Assembly (NCBI GenBank): GCA_018902845.1
Contig: JAHIPV010000020.1
Span: forward strand, 10,810-74,809
From: Patescibacteria group bacterium
Lineage (GTDB): Bacteria; Patescibacteriota; Microgenomatia; UBA12405
Length of the DNA: 64,000 bases
Reading direction: 5' to 3'
The notes below the pieces were generated by a model that ran no database searches, was not told where the DNA came from, and worked only from the letters and a program-made list of their open reading frames with translations. Within the stretch, counting starts at the first letter, position 1, and each line of letters opens with the position of its first letter. Below, piece after piece: positions 37,971 through 47,806 of this stretch. The position numbers and the translations under genes were made by a program.

Positions 37971-38556
37971 TGTTTGTTTTTAGTATAACGAGATTATTCA
38001 TGCCCAGTTCAAAGTATCTTTTTTGAACAATTTCAAGACCGTAGACAGAAAATATTTTTTCTATTTCTTGAAGATTGTAGTAATGTTTATGTTCCTTGAT
38101 TTCTCTTTTAGAGATTATTTTTAATTTGTATGATAAAAACTCAAGTATTGGTTTGGCTATTTTGGTTGGAGTGGTTATTATCAGGTAGGAGTTTTTTTTG
38201 AGTATTTTTGACAGGAAGGAAAAATCGTGGTTGGGGTAATCTAAGTGTTCCAATACGGCAAACATGGTTATTAGATCATATTTCTGATTAAGTATTTTTT
38301 TGAAATTTGAAGTTGTTTTTTGTTTTTTGTTAGTAGTGTTGTTTTTATTTAGTGGATCATATCCGATATATTTTTTGAAACGGATATTTTTGTCTTTAAG
38401 ATATTTATAGAATTTGGCTTTTGGTCCGCATCCATAGTCTAAAATTAACCATTCGTTTTGGTTTTTATTAAGTAAAAATTTTTTTATGACATTAAATCTT
38501 ATCTTTCTTAATATCGGTTCTAAAAATGGTTCTTTTCCATTGGAATATTCAAACAT
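37960..38556 (-). CDS. Class I SAM-dependent methyltransferase
   Basis: LDYGCG, AVLEHL, ITTP. Confidence 0.85.
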   Translation of the reverse strand: MFEYSNGKEPFLEPILRKIRFNVIKKFLLNKNQNEWLILDYGCGPKAKFYKYLKDKNIRFKKYIGYDPLNKNNTTNKKQKTTSNFKKILNQKYDLITMFAVLEHLDYPNHDFSFLSKILKKNSYLIITTPTKIAKPILEFLSYKLKIISKREIKEHKHYYNLQEIEKIFSVYGLEIVQKRYFELGMNNLVILKTNNDS

Positions 38557-39253
38557 TGTATTTTATGATTTGGTAAATTGTTTTTAGACCGTCTATCCAG
38601 TTGATGTGTTTTCCTTCTTCATAGGTTCTTCCATAATATGAGATGCCAACTTCGTAAAAACGAATTCCTTTAATTTTGGTTAAGCGGGCAGTGATTTCAG
38701 GTTCAAAGCCAAATCTATTTGATTGAAGCTGGAGAGCAATTTTGCGTATTATTGGGCCTGAAAATACCTTGTAACAGGTTTCCATATCGGTCAAGTTAAT
38801 GTTGGTTAACATGTTAGAAAAGGTGGTTAAGGTTTTGTTTACCAATGAATGCCAATAGTAAACAACACGATGAGGTTTCCCTCCCATAAACCTGGATCCA
38901 TAGACTACGTCAGCTTTGCCATCTAAAATAGGTTTTAATAACATAGGATATTCACTTGGATCATATTCAAGATCAGCATCTTGAATCAGAACAATGTCTC
39001 CGGATGATTTTTTGAAACCTGTTTTTAGAGCACTGCCTTTGCCGGTATTTTTTTGATGGAAAACTATTTTTAATTCCTTTCTTTTTCTAATTTTTTTTAG
39101 TATTTCTCTGGTTCCATCGGTGCTTCCATCATCGATGATTATAATTTCCTTTTTTAGGCCTAGCGAGTTGGCTTTTTGAGCTTTTTTTAGGATCTCCAAA
39201 ATTGTTTTAGATTCGTTATAACAAGGAATTACAATGGATAGTGTTTTCGCCAT
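38549..39253 (-). CDS. DPM1-like GT2 (polyprenol-phosphate glycosyltransferase)
   Basis: IPCYNE, DDGSTDGT, QDADLEY, TDMETCYK, FGFEPEIT. Confidence 0.92.
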   Translation of the reverse strand: MAKTLSIVIPCYNESKTILEILKKAQKANSLGLKKEIIIIDDGSTDGTREILKKIRKRKELKIVFHQKNTGKGSALKTGFKKSSGDIVLIQDADLEYDPSEYPMLLKPILDGKADVVYGSRFMGGKPHRVVYYWHSLVNKTLTTFSNMLTNINLTDMETCYKVFSGPIIRKIALQLQSNRFGFEPEITARLTKIKGIRFYEVGISYYGRTYEEGKHINWIDGLKTIYQIIKYNV

Positions 39254-39254
39254 A

Positions 39255-40664
39255 TTAATGTGAAGGTATTTTTTTGTATTTTTTAAGTTTTGTAAATAAT
39301 ACCAGAAGTAATAAAAAATATGGCAGTGTTGCCGTTGTTTTGAATTTTATGGCGTCGATGACGTTTTTATACAAAATGGGATTCTTCCGCCAAATCAGCT
39401 CGTTAATGGATTGATAGTAATATGCTTGGTTTTGTTGAATGACGGCTGGGGTAGGAAATTTTGGACTTGGAGCAAAAAGTTGATTAAGTGATTCTTGCGG
39501 GAATATTAAAGTGGCGTAGTTGGAGATTCCCGTTATGGCAAAAAATAAAAAGAATCCGATTGTTAATATTTTTTTTGAGAAGATTTTTTGGATGATTGTG
39601 TTAATTTTTTTTTGGTTGATAATGAGCAATAGGAGCAGACATGAAGGTAAAAGAGGTAAGGTAAGTCTCGGTCCCCAGGCAATCCATCCAAAAGGGGCAA
39701 ACCATTGAGCTAAACCGATGTTTTGAATTATTAATACCAAGACTACTAATAAGTTCAAATAGTTTTGTTTCCATTGGTGGATAATTGTAGATATTGAAAA
39801 AATAATTAGGGCACTTAGTGATGGCCAGAAAAACAAGAGGCCACCACTGGATGAAAAAAATAGGCCTAAGAAGAAACTTGTTGAGTTTCTATTGTTTTTA
39901 ACCATAAATAGCGGATTCATCAGTATGGGGTTTGTTATTGTTCCATATCTGTACAGGTTAAAGAGACTATTAATAATTATTGAAAAGACAATCCCTAAAA
40001 TTGTGGGGGTAATGCTTCTAAAAAATTTTTTGATTGATAGTTTTTTTGTCAGTTGAGCCGTAGTGTTAAGTAAAATGATGATGGGCCAGGCTACTTCTTT
40101 TGATATTCCAGCCATGATTGAAAAAAATATTATTTTAGGCCAGTTGGTCTTTGTTTTTAGATTGGTGATTAAGGCTATTAATATTAATGTGGATGTTGTT
40201 AGTTCATTAAACGATGAGTAGGCATAATAAAGATTAAAGCCGGTTAAAAAGATTAATAAACCTAAAATAGCGATGTTGATGGATGTTTTTTTTAGTAATA
40301 TCCTGAATAACAAAACACACGACAGACTAAAAGAAAACAGATTGATAAAAGAGAGCAGTTTTGCGTTGTTAGTAGGATTTTTGCTGACGGGAGATACTAT
40401 TAGTGATATCAAATGTTGAAGAAGGGGAAAGTGTGTTAGGTTAGGACAATGAGTAAATTCATTGTTTTTTAAGCATTTTATAATTTGATAACTACTGTCT
40501 ACCAGAACTTTTGTATCGCCTTCGATATATGGTTGATAGTTTATGAAAAATGTAAGAGAAAAGACCAGAATTAATATTCCGTAAAAAAACAAATTATTGT
40601 TGATTGACACTAGGTTTTTGACAGACAAGATAGATATTGTCACCCAAGTTTTGTGTATTGGCAT
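39255..40664 (-). CDS. Multi-TM membrane protein, probable GT-C (start uncertain)
   Basis: EGDT loop, KE, WGPRL motif. Confidence 0.6.
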   Translation of the reverse strand: MPIHKTWVTISILSVKNLVSINNNLFFYGILILVFSLTFFINYQPYIEGDTKVLVDSSYQIIKCLKNNEFTHCPNLTHFPLLQHLISLIVSPVSKNPTNNAKLLSFINLFSFSLSCVLLFRILLKKTSINIAILGLLIFLTGFNLYYAYSSFNELTTSTLILIALITNLKTKTNWPKIIFFSIMAGISKEVAWPIIILLNTTAQLTKKLSIKKFFRSITPTILGIVFSIIINSLFNLYRYGTITNPILMNPLFMVKNNRNSTSFFLGLFFSSSGGLLFFWPSLSALIIFSISTIIHQWKQNYLNLLVVLVLIIQNIGLAQWFAPFGWIAWGPRLTLPLLPSCLLLLLIINQKKINTIIQKIFSKKILTIGFFLFFAITGISNYATLIFPQESLNQLFAPSPKFPTPAVIQQNQAYYYQSINELIWRKNPILYKNVIDAIKFKTTATLPYFLLLLVLFTKLKKYKKIPSH

Positions 40665-41505
40665 TTATTAGTTTCAAATTGCTAATCAGATCATTTTTTT
40701 TATAGAATGTTTTTTTGATGCCGTGGTAGCCTACAGTATAAATATTAATTAGATTGTAATCAAACCTATCGTGAGTTTTGCAATATTTGATTTTAAAGTT
40801 GTTATCAGTGACGAGTTTTTTGAGTTCTTGAAGAATAAATTCTCTGTTATGTCTGCCGTAAACTCCATTTTCTGGATGGTAAAGGTCGAAGATATTTTCG
40901 CCCTTGAGTATGGTAGCGATGTTTGTGAGTCTGGCGGCATTGGGTGTGGTAATAATAAGTTGACCGCCTTTTTTTAATATTCTGTAAAATTCGGAAAAGA
41001 CGGATAGTGGATTGATAATTAAGTGTTCCAAAACTTCACAAAACAAAACGGTATCAAAGGTGGCCGTTTTGAATGGATATGGGATATGTTCAATGTTAAG
41101 GCCAATTGAATTGAATTTATATGATTCATTGTATTTATGATTGGTGATCGATTGGGTGATATCCTTTGTTTTTTTTAAATATATGTTATGGTCGAAAAAG
41201 TTGGTGCTTGTGATCTTGTAGTTGAAAATTTTTTTAATCAAGATCGTAAGTAAGTATGGATTGGAACCGATTTCTAAAAGAGTACCATTGTCTTTATAAG
41301 GAATAAGGCTAAGGGTGTGTAAAAAGCGAGCGATGGCATCCTGAACATAGTTTTTTATGAAGTTCGAGGGTTGATTTTCTAGTGAGAAGTTTTTTAGGTA
41401 GCCTATGATTTCTTCGGCGTGACTATAGATAGTGGTTAGTTTTTTGTCAAAGGTAGCATGTCGGAAAACGTGTGTAATTTGTTTGAAATCTATTGTTTTG
41501 GTCAT
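40594..41505 (-). CDS. Class I SAM-dependent methyltransferase
   Basis: LEIGS, FCEVLEHL, TTPN, HNREF. Confidence 0.85.
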   Translation of the reverse strand: MTKTIDFKQITHVFRHATFDKKLTTIYSHAEEIIGYLKNFSLENQPSNFIKNYVQDAIARFLHTLSLIPYKDNGTLLEIGSNPYLLTILIKKIFNYKITSTNFFDHNIYLKKTKDITQSITNHKYNESYKFNSIGLNIEHIPYPFKTATFDTVLFCEVLEHLIINPLSVFSEFYRILKKGGQLIITTPNAARLTNIATILKGENIFDLYHPENGVYGRHNREFILQELKKLVTDNNFKIKYCKTHDRFDYNLINIYTVGYHGIKKTFYKKNDLISNLKLINANTQNLGDNIYLVCQKPSVNQQ

Positions 41506-41526
41506 ATAATTAAGAAATGCGATAAC

Positions 41527-43434
41527 CTACAATTTCGATTGAATTTTGATCAATCTATCCTTGACCCTATTGGTGATAGTTTCGATGGAAAAATTTTGGT
41601 GGATGAACGTTGAAGCAATTTTACCCTTTTTTCGAGCTGAAGAATAATTTGTGTAGACTTGCCTCATTTGTTTTTTAAGGTGATCTGTATCAGGGTCGGC
41701 CCATTTGAATCCTTTGTAATAGGGGCATTTTGCCGTTGCCGGTATTAGACGGGCAACTTTGATGGGATATGCGATTTTGTTGTCGATAAAGTCGGTTTGA
41801 GAGCTCCAGTTGGTGGCTATTGTGGGAATTCCACAGGCCATGGCCTCCATAATCGGGAGACCCCATCCTTCTCCCCGTGTTGGCATTACGAATGATTGGC
41901 AACTGCGATAAAGACATGCCATTTGGTAGGTGGGAAGCATTTGGTTATAGAGGATGACAATGTTTTTGCCCCCATTTTTAAGATTTAATTTTTTTATTTC
42001 TTCTCTGACATTAATACTGCCATCGTTATTATTTACTTTGCAGATTAATTTAACTTTTTTGTTGTTTCCGAACAGATCGTCAAACGTTTTTAGGAGTATG
42101 TCGGGGGCTTTGCGTTTTCCCCATTCGAAGCATGTCATGAATTTAAAATGATCTGGAAATAATTCGATGGGTTTAATCTTTGGATTAAAATGATGGATGT
42201 CGATCCCCAGTGGCATTACGTGTATGGGTTTTTTTACACCGCTGTCTTGAAAGGTCTTTTTATTGAAAGTGGAAGGAACCCAAATTTCGTCCATGAGATT
42301 CGATTGTCGTACCCACTCTTTTGGTATACCTGTAGTCTCCATCATGGTGTAGCCGATTTTATATTTGCCCGTATTTTTTCTAAATACGTCCCCCTGACCG
42401 TAAACAACTTCGATATTGCTTTTGACGAATCCTTTGTTTTGATAATAGGAAATATATCGGTCAGAAGATGGTTTTTCTTGAAGCGGAAATGGTGTGTTGT
42501 GACCATATAGATATTTATAACCAACATTAACATTGTTCTTGGTTAATTCTTTTATTATATGCAGAGAAGTTAGTGCGTACCCGGAATACCAATTAATTAA
42601 GGAGTGCCAGTTTACGGAAATATCGAAATCGCGAAGTTGTTTTTGCCATTTTGACAGAAACACTTTTCTTGACCTTTGGTATACTTTATTGAAGTTTAAT
42701 TGGTTAATTTTTGAAGTAATATTTTCGTAATGAATTAAGGTTACGGTGCCGGAACAAAAAGTGTTAAAACCGGCCTTTTTAGCCCTTAAACAATAGTCTG
42801 TATCTTCGTAGTAGGCAAAGTATTTTTCATCTAAATTACCGATTTTATTGATGACGTTTCTTTTAATGTAAACCATAGCGAAGACAATACTTTGTTCAAT
42901 GTGGGGTTGATTATATTGGTTGACATCTTTTTCTGTTAAACTACCGATTTGGTAACCGGTGAAATTATCATCAAACATAGTTGCGCCTACATGAAGAAGC
43001 CTGTTTTTATCGTTAACCAATCGGCATCCCAATAATCCCGCTTGGGGTAGACTATATATTTCTTTTTTAAGTTTTGTTATCCAATTTTTCGTTATTACTT
43101 TTATGTCGTTATTTAAGAGAATGATGTCGTTATTTTTTTTTGCTTTTTTTATACCGATGTTATTTCCTTTTGAGAAGCCAAAATTTTTGTTTTGTAGGGA
43201 GAGTTTAATATTTTTTTTGCCTTTAATAAATCCTTTGAGAACTTGAATGGTCTTCGGTTGGCTTCCGTTATCAATAATTATGATTTCGTCGTAAGTTTGG
43301 TCTGAGTTTTGTATTGAATCTATACATTGTGTGGTGTACTCGGGACCGTTGTAGGAAAGGATAATAATACTAACCTTTTTTTGTTTTTTACTGCGGTTTT
43401 TATTTGTAGGTTTATTTGGTCGCGATGACGCCAT
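41527..43434 (-). CDS. GT2-GT4 fusion glycosyltransferase
   Basis: N-term IILSYN/DNGS/LLNND/YEDTD; C-term RKAPD, PTRGEGWGLPIMEAMACG. Confidence 0.9.
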   Translation of the reverse strand: MASSRPNKPTNKNRSKKQKKVSIIILSYNGPEYTTQCIDSIQNSDQTYDEIIIIDNGSQPKTIQVLKGFIKGKKNIKLSLQNKNFGFSKGNNIGIKKAKKNNDIILLNNDIKVITKNWITKLKKEIYSLPQAGLLGCRLVNDKNRLLHVGATMFDDNFTGYQIGSLTEKDVNQYNQPHIEQSIVFAMVYIKRNVINKIGNLDEKYFAYYEDTDYCLRAKKAGFNTFCSGTVTLIHYENITSKINQLNFNKVYQRSRKVFLSKWQKQLRDFDISVNWHSLINWYSGYALTSLHIIKELTKNNVNVGYKYLYGHNTPFPLQEKPSSDRYISYYQNKGFVKSNIEVVYGQGDVFRKNTGKYKIGYTMMETTGIPKEWVRQSNLMDEIWVPSTFNKKTFQDSGVKKPIHVMPLGIDIHHFNPKIKPIELFPDHFKFMTCFEWGKRKAPDILLKTFDDLFGNNKKVKLICKVNNNDGSINVREEIKKLNLKNGGKNIVILYNQMLPTYQMACLYRSCQSFVMPTRGEGWGLPIMEAMACGIPTIATNWSSQTDFIDNKIAYPIKVARLIPATAKCPYYKGFKWADPDTDHLKKQMRQVYTNYSSARKKGKIASTFIHQNFSIETITNRVKDRLIKIQSKL

Positions 43435-44455
43435 ATTCTCTTGCTCCGTTTATTAATTTATCAAAAGGGGTGTTGATCTTTTTTTTAAAAGGAGACAAAT
43501 ATTTGATTTTGATGTTTTTGAAACCAATATAAGTCATAATTGTCTCTAATAGTTCGGCTGGTACTTTAGTTTTGTGGGTATAGTCGTAGTAAAAGCTATA
43601 ACTGCTTACCTGTAGATTGTTAGGGTTTGGAGTTTCAATAATGATTATGCCATTTGGTGCTAGTTTGTTGTATGAGAGCTGAAGCAGATCGTATATTTCA
43701 GGAAAAAGCATGTGTTCAATAAGGTGAAATATAGAAATTCCGCAGAAAAGTTTTTGGGTTTGCTTAAGATAGGCTATGGCATCGCGTTTGTAAACTTTAT
43801 ATCCTGACTGTTTGGCTATATAAACGCATTCTTGGTTGATATCTATTCCGATGACCCTTTTGAGGCCGTATTGTGTCAGGATGGAAAGGAATTCTCCATT
43901 TCCAAAGCCAATATCTAGAAATGGGTATTTTTTGGAAAGAGAAGTGCAGGGTTTCAGATATTTTGTGTATTGTTGCTGTCTGGTGGTTATTAGTTTTGAC
44001 GAACCGCGAAAAATATTTTCAAGGTAGTTGTATAGTTTATCTGATTCTTGATCAAAAAAAAGAGGTTGATATTCTAATTGTCTTTTTTTGTTGAGATTAT
44101 TATGTAGAGTGATAATCTCGCTACTTATTTTTGCTTGGTTTTTAGTGATGTCACTTAGTGTATCCTTGATGTTTTGGATAATTTTTACTGTGAGATCGTT
44201 GAAGTGCGTCTGAATAGTGGTATACACTTTTATTATTCTAAGAGTGATCAGTTTTAAGAACCTAAATTTAGTTTTGGGAGGTAATAACATTCGTGGGTTT
44301 TTATAACTGTTGAGGACAAAAATGTTGTTTTCTAAAGCACTAATCTTATTGTGGAGATTAGTGCTGAAAGTCGAGATGTTTTTCTTTGAAAACAAGCTTT
44401 TGAGATTCCGTTCTAGGTCAAAAATGTCTTTATTTGGTTCATTGTAAAAAATCAT
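43412..44455 (-). CDS. Coiled-coil + SAM methyltransferase, putative glycan chain terminator
   Basis: ENIFRGS, LDIGFGNGEF, HLIEH, ETPNP, FYYDYTH; next to Wzm/Wzt. Confidence 0.75.
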   Translation of the reverse strand: MIFYNEPNKDIFDLERNLKSLFSKKNISTFSTNLHNKISALENNIFVLNSYKNPRMLLPPKTKFRFLKLITLRIIKVYTTIQTHFNDLTVKIIQNIKDTLSDITKNQAKISSEIITLHNNLNKKRQLEYQPLFFDQESDKLYNYLENIFRGSSKLITTRQQQYTKYLKPCTSLSKKYPFLDIGFGNGEFLSILTQYGLKRVIGIDINQECVYIAKQSGYKVYKRDAIAYLKQTQKLFCGISIFHLIEHMLFPEIYDLLQLSYNKLAPNGIIIIETPNPNNLQVSSYSFYYDYTHKTKVPAELLETIMTYIGFKNIKIKYLSPFKKKINTPFDKLINGAREYGVIATK

Positions 44456-44457
44456 AT

Positions 44458-45678
44458 TTATATGTGAATGGTTTGTAATAATTTATTTTTAAATATGTCA
44501 AAGTTGTATTTTTCAAGTAGGTTGTTTTGTATGTTAATTATTGACCGGATTCGGTCTGGTTTATTGATTAAATCTTTGAGTATTTTATTTATATCTTCAA
44601 TATTATCATACGTATATATGTTATTATTTTGGGTAATTTGGGAAAAGGCGCTGTTTCGATTAATAATTAAGGGAATGCCGTGGTAAATTGCCTCAAAATT
44701 GACTATACCCAAGCTTTCTTCAATTGAAGGGTTAATAAATATGTCAATTTTTTCGAATTTTCTTTGTTTTTCTGATTTTTTAAAATTATAGTTTATTTTA
44801 ACTATATTTTGTTTAATATATTTTTTAAATTCTTTTTCTATTAAGCTAGAGGAGTTTGTTTTGGCACCGGAAAAGTAAAGAGTTAATTTGTAATTTTGTT
44901 TTTGCCAATATAGTAGGTATTTATCTAAATAGTTTTTAAAGATAATCAGATTTTTTCTAAGGGTGATTTGTCCGATAAAACCGATATTTATTTGTTTGTT
45001 GTGAATCCTTTTTAATTTTTTAGAGATAATTTTGTTAAGGTTTGTTTGTTGTTTTTTTATTTGCTTGATGGTGTATGGGCAAAAAGTGGTTTGGATAAGT
45101 TTTGATTTATTAATTTTGTAGTTTTTGATAAGTTGTAATTTTTCCATGGGAGAGAGGTAAAGAATTTTGTGGGAATAATTAAGAGATTTTTGAAAAAAAG
45201 GACAATTGTTGTAGTAATTAACATTATGGTAAGCAGGAATTAGGATTAGTTTTTGGTTGAATTTCTTGGCAAAAATATAGCTGTCATAAAACATTTTAGT
45301 TGGCATGCCTGTACCGATAATAATATTTGAGTTTTTGATTATATTTATAATTTTGGGAGTATATTCTAAAATTGGGCCGAAATAAAAAGGAGAAAAGAAG
45401 CCAACTTTGAGTATAATTTTATTTAGAAATTTATTGGCTATTCGTTGCCAGAAGAAATTTAACTTTAGTCTGTGGATGTTGTTTTTTTTATCTGTTTTAT
45501 TGTTTGGTAAAAAGTCTTTGAAGGTTTTATAGCTATCCAGAGTTGATCCTTTGCCTGTAATAATATGGACAGTATATTTTTCATCTAAAATTTTTTTAGT
45601 TTCTTCTATTAAATATTCGAGACCGCCTTTGGCTGGTGGAAAGCAATGAACAAAAATACAAATACTTTTATTTTTCAT
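44458..45678 (-). CDS. GT4 glycosyltransferase
   Basis: FPPAKGG, RKN, PSIEESLGIVNFEA. Confidence 0.85.
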   Translation of the reverse strand: MKNKSICIFVHCFPPAKGGLEYLIEETKKILDEKYTVHIITGKGSTLDSYKTFKDFLPNNKTDKKNNIHRLKLNFFWQRIANKFLNKIILKVGFFSPFYFGPILEYTPKIINIIKNSNIIIGTGMPTKMFYDSYIFAKKFNQKLILIPAYHNVNYYNNCPFFQKSLNYSHKILYLSPMEKLQLIKNYKINKSKLIQTTFCPYTIKQIKKQQTNLNKIISKKLKRIHNKQINIGFIGQITLRKNLIIFKNYLDKYLLYWQKQNYKLTLYFSGAKTNSSSLIEKEFKKYIKQNIVKINYNFKKSEKQRKFEKIDIFINPSIEESLGIVNFEAIYHGIPLIINRNSAFSQITQNNNIYTYDNIEDINKILKDLINKPDRIRSIINIQNNLLEKYNFDIFKNKLLQTIHI

Positions 45679-46405
45679 TAGTATATTTTTTTATAATGGT
45701 TTCTGGGTTACCGTGGGAAATTAGTTTGGATTTGTCTAGATAAATTGCTTTGGTGCAGAAGGATTGGATTGATTCCATGGAGTGGGAAACATAAATAATA
45801 GTGATGCCGGATTTTTTGAATTGTTCCATTTTGGCGAAGCATTTGGCTTGAAAAGCAGTATCGCCTACTGCTAGGATTTCATCAATTAATAGTATTTGGG
45901 GGTTTACGTGAATGGCTACTGAGAAAGCCAGGCGCATGTACATGCCGGAGGAATAGTGTTTGATGGGTTGGTTTATAAATTGGTGAAGTTCGGAAAAGTT
46001 TAAAATATCTTGGTAATAATTATCGATTTGTTTTTTGGAGAGGCCTAAAATAGAGCCGTTTAGGTATATGTTTTCTTTGCCGGTCAGTTCGGGATGAAAA
46101 CCGGCGCCGAGTTCGATTAAGGGTGAGACTTTACCGTTTACAATAACTTTGCCTTTGGTAGGTGACATGACGCCGGCTATGAGTTTTAAAATAGTTGATT
46201 TGCCGGCTCCGTTGGGGCCGATGATTCCCAGAGTCTCTCCTTTATTGACTGAAAAGGAGATGTTTTTTAGAGCGGTGAAATTTTGTTTAGTTTTTTGACG
46301 GCCAAAGAGAGCCGGGAGGAATTCTTTGAAGGTTTTTTGGGAGTATAAAGAGAATTCTTTAGTGACATTGGTGAATTTGATGATGGGGTGGTTGTTTTTT
46401 GACAT
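45668..46405 (-). CDS. wzt: Polysaccharide ABC exporter ATPase
   Basis: GPNGAGKST, YSSGM, IDEILAVGD, VSH. Confidence 0.92.
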   Translation of the reverse strand: MSKNNHPIIKFTNVTKEFSLYSQKTFKEFLPALFGRQKTKQNFTALKNISFSVNKGETLGIIGPNGAGKSTILKLIAGVMSPTKGKVIVNGKVSPLIELGAGFHPELTGKENIYLNGSILGLSKKQIDNYYQDILNFSELHQFINQPIKHYSSGMYMRLAFSVAIHVNPQILLIDEILAVGDTAFQAKCFAKMEQFKKSGITIIYVSHSMESIQSFCTKAIYLDKSKLISHGNPETIIKKYTNEK

Positions 46406-46446
46406 GATTTTGTTGATTTTTGGTACTTATTTAATTTTACTTTAAC

Positions 46447-46475
46447 TTGACAATCACTTTGTATAAATGTAAACT
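46447..46475 (+). promoter_or_regulatory. Sigma70-type promoter for putative sRNA A
   Basis: TTGACA 46447-46452, 17 bp, TAAACT 46470-46475; no plus-strand ORF downstream. Confidence 0.6.
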
Positions 46476-46481
46476 ATTGTT

Positions 46482-46545
46482 AATCATCAGGGAGAATACG
46501 ACCCTTAGACTACGTGTCTATGAGTGACGCCTCCCGATTTTTTTT
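46482..46545 (+). ncRNA. Putative structured small RNA A, antisense to 3' end of NYN gene
   Basis: ATC(A)GGGAG ... CTCCCGAT outer stem, inner TAGAC/GTCTA hairpin, then T8. Confidence 0.5.
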
Positions 46546-47102
46546 GGCCTAATTTTAGGGCTTTCTAAATATTCTAATTTTTCTTTCTCTCGGTATAAAA
46601 AGAGTTTGTACAGTTGGAGATTCTTTAATAAGCTTGATTCGGAGTGTTTATTGGGAATAATAATTTTTAATAATTTTTTGTTTTTTATTAAATATTGGTG
46701 TAAGCAGAAAAAGTCTCCGTCTCCTGAAACAATGACGGCCTTTTGGTAATTTTTAAATTCAATGGCGGCAGAATGCAAAACTAGTTCGGCATCAACATTT
46801 CCCTTTGGTTTGTTGTGATTGTCTTTGACTGTGGGTTTAAATACTAGTTGATAACCAAATGAGCACAGACTTTTATAAAGACCTTCATATTGTTTCAGAT
46901 ATCCGATAAACAAAAAGGCCTTAGTAACTCTAAATTTGTCTGAGAGAAATCGATGAAATTTTTTAAAATCTAGTTTCCAGCCTTTGTAAATTAACTGTCT
47001 GTTTCTATAGATATTTTTAGAAGTACCTAGATTTAGGTTTTGGCTGTCAATGAAAGCATAGATTGGCTTATTTTTTATTTTTTGGATTATTTTTTTAGAC
47101 AT
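46518..47102 (-). CDS. NYN-domain (LabA/DUF88, PIN-like) ribonuclease, paralogue 2
   Basis: FIDSQNL, KGNVDAELV, VSGDGDF acidic catalytic set intact. Confidence 0.9.
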   Translation of the reverse strand: MSKKIIQKIKNKPIYAFIDSQNLNLGTSKNIYRNRQLIYKGWKLDFKKFHRFLSDKFRVTKAFLFIGYLKQYEGLYKSLCSFGYQLVFKPTVKDNHNKPKGNVDAELVLHSAAIEFKNYQKAVIVSGDGDFFCLHQYLIKNKKLLKIIIPNKHSESSLLKNLQLYKLFLYREKEKLEYLESPKIRPKKIGRRHS

Positions 47103-47156
47103 ACGGGTGTTATAGCTGGATTACTGGATAACCGGATGATGGGGTTGTTTTTTTAA

Positions 47157-47185
47157 TTGACATGGAGTTGTTGATTTAGTATAAT
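47157..47185 (+). promoter_or_regulatory. Perfect consensus sigma70 promoter for putative sRNA B
   Basis: TTGACA 47157-47162, 17 bp, TATAAT 47180-47185; no plus-strand ORF downstream. Confidence 0.8.
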
Positions 47186-47191
47186 TTGATT

Positions 47192-47248
47192 ATCACGATG
47201 AGAGGGTACGCCTAAGGTCTTGTCCGAAGGTTGCTCCCTCTTTTTTTT
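47192..47248 (+). ncRNA. Putative structured small RNA B, antisense to 3' end of NYN gene
   Basis: AGAGGG ... CCCTCT outer stem, inner CCT/AGG and GG/CC pairs, then T8. Confidence 0.55.
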
Positions 47249-47751
47249 GTTGATAATTTCTTTTTTAGGTCGTTTATATAAACGAAGTATTTTCTAAATT
47301 TTCTTAATAAGGCCGAGTATTTTTTTGGATTTGGAATGATAATGTGGGAGAGTTTGTTTTTCTTTTTGAGATATTCTATTAAGCAGTGAAAGTCTCCGTC
47401 GCCTGAAACAATGATTGCTTTGTTGTAATTGGGATATTGGATCATGGTGTGTAAAACCAGATCAGCGTCTACGTTGCCCTTGGTGTATCTTTTATCGTCT
47501 TTTTTGTATTCCAGTGTTGGTTTAAAAACAACTATATAGTCGGATTCTTGCAGATATGTGTAAAGTATTTGGTTTCCGGGAATGTAACCAATGAATAAAA
47601 AGGCTTTTTCAACTTTGTATTTATCTTTGAGGTAAATACGGAATCTTTTGAAATCTAGTTTCCAGCCTTGAGATCTGATGGAGAGGTTTAGGTTTTGGCT
47701 GTCAATGAAAGCGTAAATGGGCTTGGTTATTTTTTTATTTTTTTTAGACAT
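47212..47751 (-). CDS. NYN-domain (LabA/DUF88) ribonuclease, paralogue 1
   Basis: FIDSQNL, KGNVDADLV, VSGDGDF. Confidence 0.9.
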   Translation of the reverse strand: MSKKNKKITKPIYAFIDSQNLNLSIRSQGWKLDFKRFRIYLKDKYKVEKAFLFIGYIPGNQILYTYLQESDYIVVFKPTLEYKKDDKRYTKGNVDADLVLHTMIQYPNYNKAIIVSGDGDFHCLIEYLKKKNKLSHIIIPNPKKYSALLRKFRKYFVYINDLKKKLSTKKRGSNLRTRP

Positions 47752-47806
47752 ATGGGTATTATAGCTGGATTACTAGATTACTGGACAACTAGACTGTTTG
47801 GGCATT

